Below, one piece after another: positions 45,600 through 59,404 of a DNA stretch of 64,000 nucleotides (the stretch's first letter is position 1; every line of letters begins with the position of its first letter). The translations under genes were made by a program, and so were the position numbers. The stretch is taken from the NCBI GenBank assembly GCA_973895155.1, contig OZ316897.1:2433416-2497415 (forward strand), in the 5' to 3' direction. The stretch comes from Marsupella aquatica (taxonomy: Eukaryota > Plantae > Marchantiophyta). The notes below the pieces were generated by a model. That model was not told the origin of the DNA and made no database searches. It worked only from the letters and a program-made list of their open reading frames with translations.

Positions 45600-47057
45600 G
45601 ATCCATTTTGCTTGATGACCTCAGTCTGTGAGCAACACAGTCGATTGTTGGGCTTTAATAATTGCTAGTTGATGCTTCAAATCAATTCTAGCTCGCTTTT
45701 CATCCTGTTTTCGCTGAATGCGTTCCCTTTTTGCCAATTCAGCAGATTGGGTATCAAGTAAGACCTTCTGTCTAAATGCCTCTAATTCTCTAGCCTCTTT
45801 GCGGTCAGCTATTTCCTATGCTCGCCACTTATCCTTGGCATCAATCAATTGAATCCTAAAAGCATTCTTGTCTTGCAATTTTTCAGCATATACCTCGGCG
45901 AGATTGGGCCTAGAAGAAGCTTGTGTGTTTGAAGGCCTCTTTCCCTGCCGGGGACGTTGAGTGCCTCGTTCAGCTGTGACGGTTGGATGAGCACACGTTG
46001 TGCCCCTGCTTCTACCTGGCGTTCGTGTGTGCATGTGCTGGAGTTGATCTTGGAGTTGGTTCTTCCACAGACCCAAAATTGGAATTAGGCTGGGATGTGT
46101 TGTCAGCTGCAGTTGGAGGCTACGATTCTTCAGGTGGAGTTCGAGGGAGCGAGTCTTCAACATCAGCATCGCTGTTGCCGGTAGTAGGGCTGGTAGCCGC
46201 ATCAAGATCATCGTCGGTAAATGTTTGAGCGAATTGAAAGTTAGTGTCAACTGCTGCAACAAAGAGTAGCCGACCCATTAGCATAGCTCATAAGCAAGAC
46301 ACTAAATTGAGGTCCGAATGACAATGCACATGGAAGGAAGAAGCAGGATGTCGACAGGTTCAACTTTACCTGGTTTGTTCACGTTTACGTCCTCAGAAAT
46401 TGGTGGTTCCGTCTCGGGTATCTCGTCATTGTCTGAACCTTCATCAACATACAATTCCCGGTGACCAGGCAGCCCACAAGCGACTGTGCTCGGAGGCAAA
46501 ACATTAGCTCTCTCCCCATAAATTGCATGCATACACTCAAAATGTGCGCAGATCTTCTCGTACTTGTCAGCGAGAGTAAGGCCTTGTCTCAACTCCGCTT
46601 CTGTCAATCCAGCCCCTGAGTCTCGCTTCATTGCCAGGGCCTCCTTGTACTTCTTAATGAACTGCTGAAACCTTTTCCCAAGGTTATCCCCTGTGGTCAC
46701 AAATTTTGGGAAGCCGCTATCATGAAGGTCAATGAGCATTTTTTTGAACACGGTCTTCTTTGGCGGATGTCTACCAGTGACAGATGGGCGGCTACTGGTG
46801 CCATTCAGCATAGCAAAATTCTGAGGGACTTCCAACCAATCAACAATGTGCGCAAGGTGCTCTGGTAACAGCTTACGATTATCTCCACCTGAGGCCATTG
46901 CTGAAGCTGCTGCGACCATGTTGGCGTCAGAGTCGGGAGGCTGGGAATCGCGAATGACAACTTCTGCAGGTGAGTACCGTGCTCGATCTGGGTAGGGGAA
47001 AAGATGGTGGATCACCAGAGGAATGTCCTGTCTCAACGCCATGTTTGCCATTGCCAA
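45600..47057 (-). pseudogene. Harbinger accessory Myb/SANT-like (trihelix) DNA-binding protein with C-terminal coiled coil; probably spliced, contains stops
   Basis: IVDWLEVPQNF...NLGKRFQQFIKKYKEA...SGAGLTE...EKICAHFECMHAIYGERANV, followed by an acidic linker and a coiled-coil tail (45900-45650) with an in-frame stop. It is convergent with the transposase. Confidence 0.72.
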
Positions 47058-47479
47058 TCCCTACACAATTCATTCAGCTCTCAAATTCAGCAAGGGAATT
47101 GCAGTTTCAAAATTTCGCCACAATCGATGCTGGCATTCATGGACCTTTAAGCACTTTGTAGCGAGTTCAAAAACTGGAGCGGGGGAAGAGTCGCTGCCTA
47201 AACTCTTTGAAGGCCTTAACCATGGTTCGCCCTAAACCCACATTCATATGCACCATGGACCCCTTTCAGATCTCACTACCCCGGGCAATGCGTGCCCGGA
47301 CTTGCCCTGTCGCGGGCCGCCCGAGTGCCTTGGGGGCCACCCGCGGTCGCCCTTTTTTTCCGTTTTTGAGACGCCCTACTGCAGTGAACTCGAAGCAGAG
47401 GGTGAATTTTTACGGACACCCATGAGGAGCCTTGAGGTTTCAAAAGCACTCTCATGGGGGTATGTAAAGAGCAAGTTTG

Positions 47480-48030
47480 TGAGAGAATAAATAAATAAAT
47501 AAATTATCCTGCAAAAGAACAAAGAGCACCACCCAAAAAGGTGCAAATGAACAAAGACAGAATCCCATAGAGGAAGGCTCTATCAAGGGGATGCCACAAA
47601 AGAGCCAAAAAGCCCAAGGGGCACAAGCACAAGCCCAGCACAAAAGCAAACAGGAGCAAAGGACCTAAAACCTTATTTACCAGGAACTGCACAACTTGGT
47701 AGAGCTCCCGAGTGAACACCAAAGGGCGGCCTAACAAAGGAACCTTACTAGCAGCCCTAGAGCCAACTATCTCATCACTACAAAGGATAGTGAAAGCCTG
47801 AGCCCTGTCAAGAGTGATAGACACTCGCTGCCAAAAAAACGCATTGACGGGTGGATAGGGCCTCCACTCAAACCTAACGAACAAACAGGATAGCAGGAAG
47901 GGTCAAAAGATGGATGCAAAACCCCCAAAACCTCCACAACAAACAGGTAGAAAAGGTCACCAGAGAACAAATCTTTGGATCCTCAACCTTGTCTTGACCC
48001 AGAAAAGAAATGTGATTGAGGTCAGGGATA
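47480..48030 (-). mobile_element. Possible degraded LINE RT fragment
   Basis: Minus-strand translation SRQG...SGDLFYLFVVEVLG resembles the LINE motif RQGxPLSPYLFxxxxEVL; adjacent (TAAA)n tract. Confidence 0.35.
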
Positions 48031-48444
48031 CAGGTTAAAGGAGGTACTAGCTACTTCCATAATCAGCCGTAACTTTGTTTTGTACAACAATTGCATAATG
48101 TATAGGAGGGTTGGGCAGGGGTTGTAGCCTGAACCCTGCTAAAAGCTTTCAGTTGTGGCCAATATTAATCTTTTACTCACTTTCTGGTCACAAGATTACA
48201 AGCTAAGCCACATCAGCACTTTTGGTCAAAAACAAGAATGTTTAGTTATGCAAGAAGAACCAAACATGACAAATAGTGTTTGAGGCAAGGCAGAGAAAAA
48301 AAGTTAGACCCATGAAGCCTAGAAACAATGGAAATTTGAAAAGTAACATTTCACATAAACAAAGAGAGAGGTGAAAAGGGATGAATTTTTGAAATGACTA
48401 TGGATAGAAAGAAACCCTTGAGTTACGATAACATTTACCAAGGT

Positions 48445-48600
48445 TAAGTAAGAAACCCTTAAACTACTCTGGATAGAAGAGTAACAAGAGAATGTAAAAG
48501 CCCTTAAATTACATTGGACTTTAAGTAAGAAACCCTTAAATTACTCTAGATAGAAGAGTAACAAGGGAATGGAAAAAGCCATTAAATTACATTGGACACA
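48445..48600. repeat. ~77-bp tandem duplication
   Basis: AAGTAAGAAACCCTTAAA(C/T)TACTCT(G/A)GATAGAAGAGTAACAAG...AAATTACATTGGAC occurs twice, with partial flanking copies. Confidence 0.8.
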
Positions 48601-49288
48601 GGAATTCCAAGGGACCAAGAAACCCTTCAACTACTAACTATGGACAGTAGAACAACAAGCTTACATAACCAACAAGTCCACTAACTAATTAAAGGTCTAT
48701 GATAATGAAAATACTGAGTCCTCTCAAGTATTATTATTGGAATTGCTTGACATTCCTTGACAGCAATCCATTTTGGTGGACAAGAGGTGGTGTGGGTTGG
48801 AGTAGAAAAAGAGCTTGATTAAAACAGCATTGTAGGCTAGTGGCTACTCATGGCAGGAATCCTATACTCTCATTCCCATCCCTACATCAGATGCTTCAGT
48901 TTGCTCATAATTTGATACACCCTGCTCCCATGAGTAGCAATAGAAGGTACATAAGATTGGCTGGGAATTCTTTAACCACTGTAACATTAAATCTAGGCTG
49001 AGTTCTCTGTGGTATTATGACTGTAGTTGAGTGAAAGTTACTAAATAATAATTATGGAGTATCCACTAACTCACTGTACTAATGTGTAGGATAACCTAGT
49101 CAGTCCGTCACACAATCTTTCTGTACTCTATCCTATGTTATAGTTTACAATCAAAGTAAATTAGTGATGTACACTCTATAGTGAAGCGATTGGCCGGAAG
49201 TTTTTTGATAACATTTTTGGTTCAATTTGGACAATGCTTGTGACATGTTGGGCCCCCTCCTGTGCAATGGCACCTGTATTAGGGTTTT

Positions 49289-51440
49289 TCATACGTGGAG
49301 AGATCTCATTGTGGCAGGTTTGGATAAAACATTGGGGGTGCACTTCTGAGTGCAACTGCTTTCATGGAACCGTGTCGAAGATCTCAATTCAACAAGAATG
49401 AGCCGCAGTATCGTCTCCACTTCGTCGATCCTCGGCCGGCTCGCTGGATCCAACGAGCAGCAATGAATCCCAAGAACGAGCATTCGTTTCAGCGCTTCTC
49501 CGTCGGGAGTCCCGAGCTTTGCAGTCAGTATGGCGCTCTCATTTCCAACTCTCACCTTCTCCTTCGCGAAGTCCGAGAGAAGGCTCATTGGTTGTCTCGA
49601 GGAATCCCAAGTGCGTTGCCAATTCCAGAAGGACGACTCCAAAACTGTACACATCACTCGATCCGTTCCATTGCTGCGTTTGCTGGAAGCCTGGATCGAC
49701 ATATCCAGGAGAACCAGCCGCGGCGTCATTATCCGAACAGCCGAAGATGTTGGCCATGGAGTAGAGCGTAGTTCCTGACTCGATCGAGCTCTCCGGACTC
49801 CACCTCAGTATTTTGGCGTTGCTCAGATCTGCAAGCTTGGCGTGGTAGCGGCAATCCAAGAGAATGTTTGTAGATTTCACATCTCGATGATAGATCGGGG
49901 AGTCGAAATTGAAGTGTAGGTGCTTGAGTGCGATAGCAACATCGATCGCAATGCGCAACCGGTCTGCAATGTGTGAGTGCAAGTGTTTCCCGTAATGTCC
50001 TTGCAGATGCTGTCTTAGATTGCCGTTTGGAATGAATTCGAAAACTATGAGCGGATCCGCCTTCTTTGGCAAGAAACCAAGCAGCGTCACTAATGGCAAA
50101 TTTGGTTGGGCAGTGGTATTGACTGACTTCTTTATGTAAGAATTGACAGCGACCTCGTAAAGAACCTTACGCAAAGAAGCGTCCGTGACCTTCTTCAATC
50201 TCTTGACAGCTATGAACTGCTCGCTAAACTGATCGATACCTTTGTAGACAACTGACGTGTTTCCATCAGCGCCTTTTAAGGCGCGAGAGAAATTATTTGT
50301 TGCTCTCTGCAAAACCATGTGTTCCGTCCGACTGCCCTCTGACATCTGTACCATTTTATAAACTGTGTCGCTGCTGACGAGCAGTCAAGGATGGATATGC
50401 ATCACATGAACCAAAAAATCTAATATCAGAAAATTTGATATTAGATTCGATCTTGGTCGTTTGATTAATATAATATGCAGGACATGAAGCAAAAGGTCTA
50501 GTAGTAATCAGACATTAGGCAGACAGTGACATCGAGCATTCAGACCTATCGATTGAATCGATTGATCGGGAACTTCGCATGGCTGTATTGGTTACTGCAA
50601 TTTAGTCCGAGATAAGATTATGCCAAATGGAAGAATTAGGGGCATATAGGACATTTGCAGATCGAAGTGGCGCGGCCAATAGTCTCCACAGTAGGTTTCG
50701 AAAGTTTGCCTGCACTAGGTAGCTAGTATGGCAGGGTCACTAGGTAGCTAGTATGGCAGGGTGATATACGAAAGCAGTGTTTGTCATAGGATTCAGATGT
50801 GAGCCGTGAGCCTCGGCACGACTACCGTAGTAAGGGTCAAACAGATGTTAAAACCGCTCAACCGCAAATCCCTTTTTTATAGCATTAGACAATGTAAGAT
50901 TCTGAAGCTAAGGAAAATTAGAAAATCGAGGATTATGAAGTCTGGTCAGTGTGAATTCCGAAGTTTTCTTATCATTAGAAGAACATTCAATTGAAGCAAA
51001 CCTCCATCGATTTTGTGTCTTGCAAAAAAGACATGCACGAAATCGTCCCACGTAGCGGAATCGACACTAATGTAGTGCTTGAATTCTTCTAGATGCTCTT
51101 CGACAATTTGTTTTGTCAAAATTGATGAGAGACCTTCCTGTAAGGCCCACATTGTGATCAATGTAAGCCACTTCACGGCTTTCCTGCAAGCCGTGGGCTG
51201 TTTCAAGTAGTTAATCTCTTTCGCCCACTCGGCTTCCGGGACAATAGTGTCATCGTTGCTCGACGCGATAGGAATGATGTCAACCGCATTCCAACCAGAA
51301 AGGATCGTTGAGGCTTTCACAAGGGCATTACTAAGCACGAATCGAGTAGCCTTGGACGATTGTCAGGGAAATGAAAGAATTTCAGTTTTCGTCATCAATT
51401 CAAGCACGGTGCTCCCCTTGCTTGATTGCTATTGTCCCAT
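49289..51440 (-). pseudogene. Disrupted RLK/Pelle cytoplasmic kinase gene with a Gag-like N-terminal exon
   Basis: The kinase exon has IAVKRL, YHRDVKSTNILL, DLS (for DFG), GSPGYVDP and SDVYSFGVVLLELA, then a frameshift near 49610 continuing WDSS...CCSLDPASRP. The upstream exon (51440-~51002) starts MGQ*QSS and contains two in-frame stops. Confidence 0.75.
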
Positions 51441-54400
51441 ATAATGACCAGCGAGACCAAGCGAGCAGAAATTATCATCCCAGACGGTCGAAACGTACTC
51501 TTACCCTAAACACCGAGCCATCTGATCAAATTTAATGGACGAATCAGTGCGCATTTCTGATTAATTTTGCAGCTGCTCCGCAGCACCTATGCAATGAATC
51601 TCATTAATGATTACTTGAATCCGTTCTCTAGGTCCATTCAATTCTAGCCGGAACGTTTCTACGAAGTTCCCAAACTTACATGTGTACTTGTTTCATCCAC
51701 TGAGGACGTCGGCTAGACTTGGTCATCCGTGTATTGTCCAGGCTTGGACTCCGTATATGAATTGTAGCCAGATTCTGATTTGTATTCATCATGCCTAAAA
51801 GACACCCGATGGAACAGAACCAAAAAATTAGCCCTCTAGGTATATATGTGGTCCATCATTCACGTCCTTCCCGATATGAAAGCTTCCTGGCTAGATTTCA
51901 TGGACTGTCAGGTTTGTTACTCAGGTCCCCATTCATGTTTCAAAATGCATGAATCACAATGAATTCACGATGGATTCTGTCGACGGAGGATCATTACGAA
52001 CTAATATCGACGACTTGCGCCATGGGCAGCTTTCCCGGTAGAGGATCATACAACCTTACAGTTATGCGTGAACGCCAATAGGCAAAGATGCCCTGTAAGA
52101 GTCTCGTTGGCTTTCCCGGTTTTGCACCTCTCTAGGCTTTCAGATCGCAGTCGGCTCTCTACCTTGCTGGTCAGTTCCCGAATTGCAGAGCGCCACCTTA
52201 AGCGATCAGCTCATTCTAATCTCCAGCGCATTCTGCATTCTTCCCGCCTATTGGCATTTAAGGACCGAACCGGATATTTAGCGCAGTGTGCATTCTTCCC
52301 GCTTATTCGCAAATTAAGGACCGGACCGATCCACGGAGTTCGGCATGTTCTTTGTACAACGAGATGAAGCCTCTGCTTTATAGATGACATCCCCTTAGGC
52401 AGTGACAAATTCAGTGGTAGGGCAAAAGATGAATAGTTGATTTCTTAGTATCATCTCGGGTGTCGACCACTACAGCATACATGACACGACATTTCATAAT
52501 TCTGTCGACGACTGCTTGGAAGGAAAAGGACCAGCTGCCTTACGGGTGGAATTCTCGATACTTAAGATAATGCGCGTATAAGGTATATACTAGATACAGG
52601 GTCGCGGGGCCTTCCATGAGAATCCTGCTAAGGCAAGGTGCAAAGTCAGTATACTAATAAGGGTTGACTGATGCGGCTCATCGTAGTGTACTCTAAAGCT
52701 CACAGAAAACGTCCTGGCGTAATTTCCCGTTGTTAGCTTGTGAAGTCGTAAATGGCGATACAGAGCTGCAGTTTACGACTCGGAAATTTTATGTTTATTT
52801 TGAAGGTTTTCTGAGTGTTGTGATTTGACACTACTTGTTCTCCTCGGAAATACTGTTTGCCAAAAAGCTGCCAAATAGTATTCGTCATTATTCTCACATT
52901 CGATTTTCTTTCGTTCGCTCTTAAAATTTTTGAGTATAACATTCGTCGTTACAAGTGTAGTACTTCGCCACTTGAAGAAAATCGACCGGGACACACAGTA
53001 TGTCCGATTACACACGGATCGGGTGAGGCGGGAAGCATTTCTCGACACACCTTCCGTGTGTATACGGTATCGAGCAACCTGCCTATATGGCTCTTACTTA
53101 CACATACGCGGTACCTGATCATCAAGCGATGGAAAGCCTAGATTCGCTCTGGTGTTGGTCCACGATAACTGTTTAAAACCATGTCCTTCTAAACGCCCTT
53201 TCAAATCTCGGCCATACCCCTCAAACTGACAAGAGGGTAACATGCGCCAGTTCAATGGCATGGAATGGCTTTGTCAGGTTTGTACTGTGTGAGATTCGTC
53301 TTTCCGGGCTTTTCAATATTAGCGCAGCCGAGGTGAGCGCTCAAACTACACCAATTGGACAGAGTGCGCGACGAATCTCTCGCGCACTATCACCATTACA
53401 CTACCCTGGAAGTTCTTCCACCAGGGTAGTGCTGGACACCTAGAGTACATCGTGAGCCGCTTCTGACCGATTTCTATTGCTACCTCTCGGAATATGCAAA
53501 TTCTGAGAGGACCCCAAAAGCGCTTGTGTACCGCGGGCAAGAAGCACATGCCACGATCGAGTTCGTGCGAGATGATCTTAACTTGAGATCCACGAATGAA
53601 TGGCTTACTAGATGATATACAAATCGACAAAAATTATGGATACTTGAATCGATCATTATCTTGTGCGATCTCTTGAGTGCGGCCATCGATATCATAGAAT
53701 GGGGGACGTGATGGTGCTGGAGTCCAATCAGAGTGTTGGGAGTAAACTCGACACAGTAGCTTGTGAGAGGCGGCTTCGGAGTCAGGCACTTGAAAAGCGA
53801 ACCCGACAAGAGGCCAAAAGACAAGGTAAGTCGACTGCCAAGAAGTATTAACTATGTTTTGAATTGTTGCGAAGCTGGCAAACTAGGAGAAACGAAGCTG
53901 GCAAGCTAGGAGAAACGAAGCCACTGAACTGTATATCACCAGTGCAAACTGCATAAGATGTAAAAATTCGTCATGACCGCATTGTTCTGATGTTAGCTAG
54001 TAACTGTTGCTTCACTTTTTGTTCTTCCTATGAGTGGGTGAAATTCCGATGAACCATGAAATTTTCAAACAGCGACTGTAGATAATTCAATTAGTTTGCC
54101 AAGTATTTTTGGAACTCTTTTCGTGGCTACAATACCTGTAGCCTCATGAACGTAAAGTTTGAAGATCGACCACTCAGCCGGGAATCCACATGCATTGCTT
54201 CTGTGCAAATCTTGTTGGGGCAAAAAGAGAGTACGGTCTGATGCGTGTTTGCGGTTCTGCTTATCTTGCGTTGTAAATGTGTGGTTAAGTTGCATTCAGT
54301 TGAGTACAGTGAAATAAAATTCTGGGCAACGTACGTACAGGTCTGCCGATCTCAGGTCTCCTCGCGCGTCATCTTTCTGAAACACATGACCGTTTTGGGT

Positions 54401-54447
54401 ATTTTGGCAAAACTCCAGCCAAGCGATTTGCGCGATGGCAGTGGTTG

Positions 54448-55524
54448 ATGGAGTCCAACCTCGTGCGAATCCCGGACATCCGCATCTTCTCATATAAAGA
54501 CGTACACCATGCCACTCAATGCTTTGCTCCTCGAAATTGGCTTGGCGAAGGCCAACACGGGAGAGTTTATCAGGGTCGGCTGGCAATGCCACCAGACCGG
54601 CAATTGCAAGCCGTAGCGATCAAGAGATTCAAATCAACGCCTGCCGATCCCATGTACCGCATCCTCGCAGAACTGAGAGTCCATAAAGCTATTGCAAAAC
54701 GTTCCCCTTCACCTCCCACTGACTTGAGACAATTGCTCGGCGTGTGCTTCCATATCAGCGGCCCACTCTTGGTGTACGAGTTTGTGCCCAATGGCACATT
54801 GAGGCAGCATCTGCGCCGAGATCCCCGGAGTTCGGCCTTGATGGGGAGTGCCATGGTGCGTCTATCGATAGCCATTGATATCGCCCACGCTCTCTGTGAA
54901 CTCCACTATGGTTTCTCGTTACCAATCTATTACCGAAACCTCAAGTCATCCAAGATTCTCATCGAGAACGATCTCCATGCGAAGCTCGCTGATTTTGGCG
55001 ATGCAGTGATTGTCAAAACTGACTCCGATCTGCTTACTCCTGTGGCGATTGGCACTATTGGGTATAAAGACCCTGTTTATGAGAAGACATGCTGGGCGGG
55101 TGACAAGACGGACGTCTACAGCTTTGGTGTCATACTCATGGAACTAGCGACTCACCTCCCCGCGTGGGACCCCAAGAAGCCCACGCCGCTGCTTGCCGAT
55201 TTTGTGATGGAGAGAATGAGAGGAAACCGAGGACCTGGAGCGGACAGCGAGGATACCGATACCGTAGAGAAAATCATACATCCAGGGACCGTGCATGGAG
55301 GAATGACCCTGATGAAAGATCTTCTGTATCTGGCTGTCCAGTGCTGCAATTTAGACTTGAGCTGTAGACCGAGAATTGATGAGGTCCATGCCGCCTTACT
55401 GCAAGTGCAATTGCAGAGCATAGAAATGTTGTTGTTATGTAGCGGGGACGAACTTATGACCGATCTTCCTCCAAGCTCTCCGACTCCAAGCTCTCCTCCC
55501 TGCACAACTCCGTGGAAGCCATAG
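54448..55524 (+). CDS. RLK/Pelle cytoplasmic pseudokinase (may have additional 5' exons)
   Basis: FSYKDVHHAT, LGEGQHGRVYQG, VAIKRF, LVYEFVPNGTL, DFG, GTIGYKDP and DVYSFGV are present, but the catalytic loop is YYRNLKSSKIL (HRD Asp and the Asn are replaced). Confidence 0.85.
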   Translation: MESNLVRIPDIRIFSYKDVHHATQCFAPRNWLGEGQHGRVYQGRLAMPPDRQLQAVAIKRFKSTPADPMYRILAELRVHKAIAKRSPSPPTDLRQLLGVCFHISGPLLVYEFVPNGTLRQHLRRDPRSSALMGSAMVRLSIAIDIAHALCELHYGFSLPIYYRNLKSSKILIENDLHAKLADFGDAVIVKTDSDLLTPVAIGTIGYKDPVYEKTCWAGDKTDVYSFGVILMELATHLPAWDPKKPTPLLADFVMERMRGNRGPGADSEDTDTVEKIIHPGTVHGGMTLMKDLLYLAVQCCNLDLSCRPRIDEVHAALLQVQLQSIEMLLLCSGDELMTDLPPSSPTPSSPPCTTPWKP

Positions 55525-58199
55525 CCAATTGCTTTAACCCTCTCTGAACGCCAATCGTTCAAATCTTGGGTTTGAGCTGCAACAAAAGTAATCCTGTGTC
55601 ACGCACAACATCAGAACTGAAACCTGTTCATACTACTAACTGTAGACTGCACACGCACATCTAGGACCTCAAGCCTACAGTTGGACCTATGAGTGGGCAA
55701 GCCAGGGCAAGAAATAGTCCGTGCCGATGGGTCAACAGCTTTCGAACGCATTCACAAGGATTTCATGCTTTGAATGTCTAGTCAACAAATGATGTGAACG
55801 TCTTGCAGAGATCTTTACCTGAGACCCTGTTCTCTCTTCACTTCAAATTGAACTGGAAACATTTCCCGACCCGATGACCAGAATATGCAATCAGCAATAC
55901 CACAAGAGTTGGAAACCTTCCCGAGCTACATATTTACCCATCCCTTCTTGGATACAGTACTTCTCGTATCGGGTGGGCAGAGAACTTCCTGATCTCGAAA
56001 CAGGTCATCTTGAAAAGTTCGCATGTTCCAGGAATTACTCTTCATGTCGCCTATCCTCATTAGCTTCCAAGGACTTGCTTCGAAGCTCAATATTCTATCC
56101 GCAGTAGCAAACCAAGCCTGACGAATCAGTCTTGTTCAGTTTAGTACCTGGCCAATCGCAAGACAGCATGACGCAACTGAGCTCGAAGAGCGAATGATGG
56201 TACATGGAAAGCACCCCGGACGCAACTATCTGAGGGCAAGAATGATCACATTTCTTGGATGTTATTATTGACTGCCGTACAGAAATTACAGATTCTGTCG
56301 TGCCAAGTGCTCCTTCCAGTACTTCACTTTTCCAAAGCTTGACTATCATTGACAAGGGGACAATCGAACAGCACTGTGAACAAATATCCAAAACTTGAAT
56401 ATCATTGACAAGGGGGACAATCGAACAGCACTGCTGAACATTGCAGCAATTCATTTGTCGTTTTTCTTTGAGACAACTACATTTTAGAAAATCGATACAT
56501 TCAACAGAGTCGGACAACATCGTTAATGTGCCTTGCATATGTTCGACTTCTAAAGAGACCTCCGTGAAGCCGCAGCACCCAGACGTGATGTTCCAAGTCC
56601 CGACCCGCAGGCCCTACCGGACTCCAAAAGTCGAATACAGCTATCGAATCTGCTCACATTAGTGTCGCAAGCCGACCTCTCCCGCTGCAGGGCATGTGCA
56701 TTTGGCTACTAAGACCATTTTCCCCATGATTTTGGATGTCTCATCCAACTCATGGGGGAAATCCGTCAGTACGTACTCAGCTGAAGTCGTACGTGATCAT
56801 TTGAGAAAGCAATTCTCCCCAGACAAAGATTTTGGACTGTTGTTTTCCTGGTAACAAGGCTTTGACCTCCCGTTCTTCTTCAATCATAGTAACCCTGCTA
56901 AATGATACTCTGATCATCTGCCCATCGACCTTGCTCATTTCGGATTGCAATTAAAGGGAATGGAGTCACAACCATCACATTTTGTCTACTGATCAAATAC
57001 TCTATTTTCTTCATTTTGATTGACCTTTGTATGTCACAACAGATTGGACTTCCAAGTGAGTTTAATCAAGCGCTTAAAGCCCAGAGAACAAAGGTTAAGT
57101 CATTTGGATTTCTCAGTTGGATTTCTCAGTTGGATTTCGATCCAACAATTTCAAATTTCCATTTCTGCAACCTAGAGCACCTCAAATCACCCGGATTTGC
57201 AGGTTGTTTTTAGTGAGCTTCTCTTTGATTACCCAGATTCCTCTGATCAGATCGTAATGAAGCTTCGGTGTGAATGGCAACAGAGCTGGGTATCTCCAAC
57301 CCGATAGAGGTGAAGGTACTTGAATTCGTTCCCATCCTCACCGAGAGGAGTTTGTACACAGAATTTCTTCGACAGTTGGCTTTTGTTACGAAATCTCAAG
57401 CTGCGTGACTATGATTTACTACTTGCATTTTCAATTCAAAATTACTTGGACAGTCTGTGGCAGCTCTCCTACTAGCTGCCTCTTAGTACAATGGTGGAAA
57501 TCTGTGGTCTCCTGGGGCTCTCAGTTCTTCACCCCACAGCCCTTGTGTTGACTATGCCATCTCAACGTAGAACTGAATTTCATGCGCCTGTTAACGTTCT
57601 TGATCCCTAGCTCCAGCTTTTAGTTCCCGTGAGCTAGCAAAAGTAAGATGTCCTTCTCAGTCTCTCTGCCCGCAACATTCACCTTAGGCACCATTCACCA
57701 TATGTGAGGGCGCTATGATTCGAACTGTCATGCATGCGTACGACTGTGGGTGCTATATGATTCGAACTGTCATGCGTACGTGCAACCATAGTTCCAAATG
57801 CAAGGAAGCTTGATCATCGAAACGGAAACTTACCTGTTAGTACCTTCTGTGTAAACTGTATTGAAACCTAAACTATCACACGGGATTTTGGGCATAAAAT
57901 GTTTCGACAGTATTCATTTGAAATCACTTCATCATTCCAATGGTCCCCAAGACAGACATAATCCCACGCAGACTCGCGCTTTCTAGAACTCCTCGGCCGT
58001 GACACAAAAATGACACTGGGCAATTTCAAGCACAACGCGTGCCGACGGTTGTATCTTAAATACATGCTTGGTCAGTCGCCCCTGGATTGACCACAGGGTT
58101 TGGGGTCTCCAAATTTAGCTTTGGAACTCGCTCACCGACACCGGTCACAGATGCCAGCAGAGGTGTGGCCCCTACTGATTTGGTTCAGCACAGGCAGGC

Positions 58200-58700
58200 G
58201 TGAGCCCATCATACACACCTTCCGACCGTAACAGTATTAACAATTTCTTCATTCACATCAAGGTCTTACCAAGACTATTTCCTAAACTGCTACCCCGTTT
58301 GCTTTCATGTCATGATACATCCACCCCTCGATGATCTCCAGCTCATTACTATCGGGTCGCATTACGTTAGAGACCTACTCATAGTTTAATTGCTATACTG
58401 GATGAAAAAAATGGGACGAAGTTGACGACAGAGAGCAAACCTTTCGAACTCGGACAGAGCACCACCGATCAATGGAATTTCTTATCGAAGTTGGATCTCA
58501 TTCATCCGACCTATCAGAGGTTGAAAATATATACCTCGCTGGAGAGCTTTAGAAGTAGTCTTAGCCATGGATGATCTGCAGACTTTCTCAATGCCGTATA
58601 CACGTCTCGTGAACCCAGGAATCTCGTCCCCATCTGCCTGGAGAAGAGTCCGACTACACTTCTACACTTTTAGATGAGTACGTATCCTCTAACATCCCAA
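58200..58700 (+). mobile_element. Possible highly degraded Gypsy RT remnant
   Basis: Scattered RT-like words in the expected order (IHPLD, KPFEL, MDDLQTFS, ICLEK) across different frames. Confidence 0.25.
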
Positions 58701-59404
58701 CCTTCTTCACTCGGCCAACTTAAAGTCAACCCAACTCCATATATACATGCTTAAGCTTGTGTGACCATCATTTCACACCTCAGCTAAGCCTTGCCCGGCT
58801 GAACCCATCCTACCTGTAGATATGGACAAAACCCAAGCGATAACCGTAATTTTGGAAACTTCTTTACGCAATTTCCATGGATGTAACTCGGGAGAATCTA
58901 TCTAGCTTACGACCTAAACTGAACACAATATGGTATACTCAGTTTATCCTAGGGAAGACTAGGTCCCGTCAATACTATCCCATACAACCATGGCTTGATC
59001 GAGCAGCAGGGCAGGCAGGCAGTGGATGACAATTTTGCAGACTCATATCAGGAGGATGTCGCAACTGAAGTCTGCGTCCACACTCCAAACCCTAAGTGTT
59101 GTTTGCCAGCCGTCCTCGCAACTGATCATTCATTAGCAAATGAATGATTACGGCGGAAATTCACGATGACCAATAACATGATAACATTGTGTGCGACGGT
59201 TCAACACCTTGTCACTCCTATTCATCCCCTTACTGTGAGATCAATGATGCGATTCTGGCGAAGAACTTAGAGACACCTCGTGGACAATGGCCAATTGTGT
59301 CGACGATAAGCTCACTATAAACAAGTGACAACTGGGATCGTTCAGGATACCTGTATATGATTTAACCATGCATGGTTATCGTTTCATCTAACCGATACCA
59401 CGTC

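Larger units (their letters stand above)
30525..47377 (+). mobile_element. PIF/Harbinger (PHIS)-superfamily DNA transposon, ~6.9 kb native plus the nested 10-kb retrotransposon
   Basis: TIRs AGGGCGTCTTAAATACG (left) and AGGGCGTCTCAAAAACG (right, reverse complement). TSD ACT at 30522-30524 and 47378-47380. Convergent transposase and Myb/SANT-like genes. Removing the element restores the second copy of a 36-bp host tandem repeat (TTTACT-GCAGTGA versus TTTACT-GAAGTGA). Confidence 0.88.
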
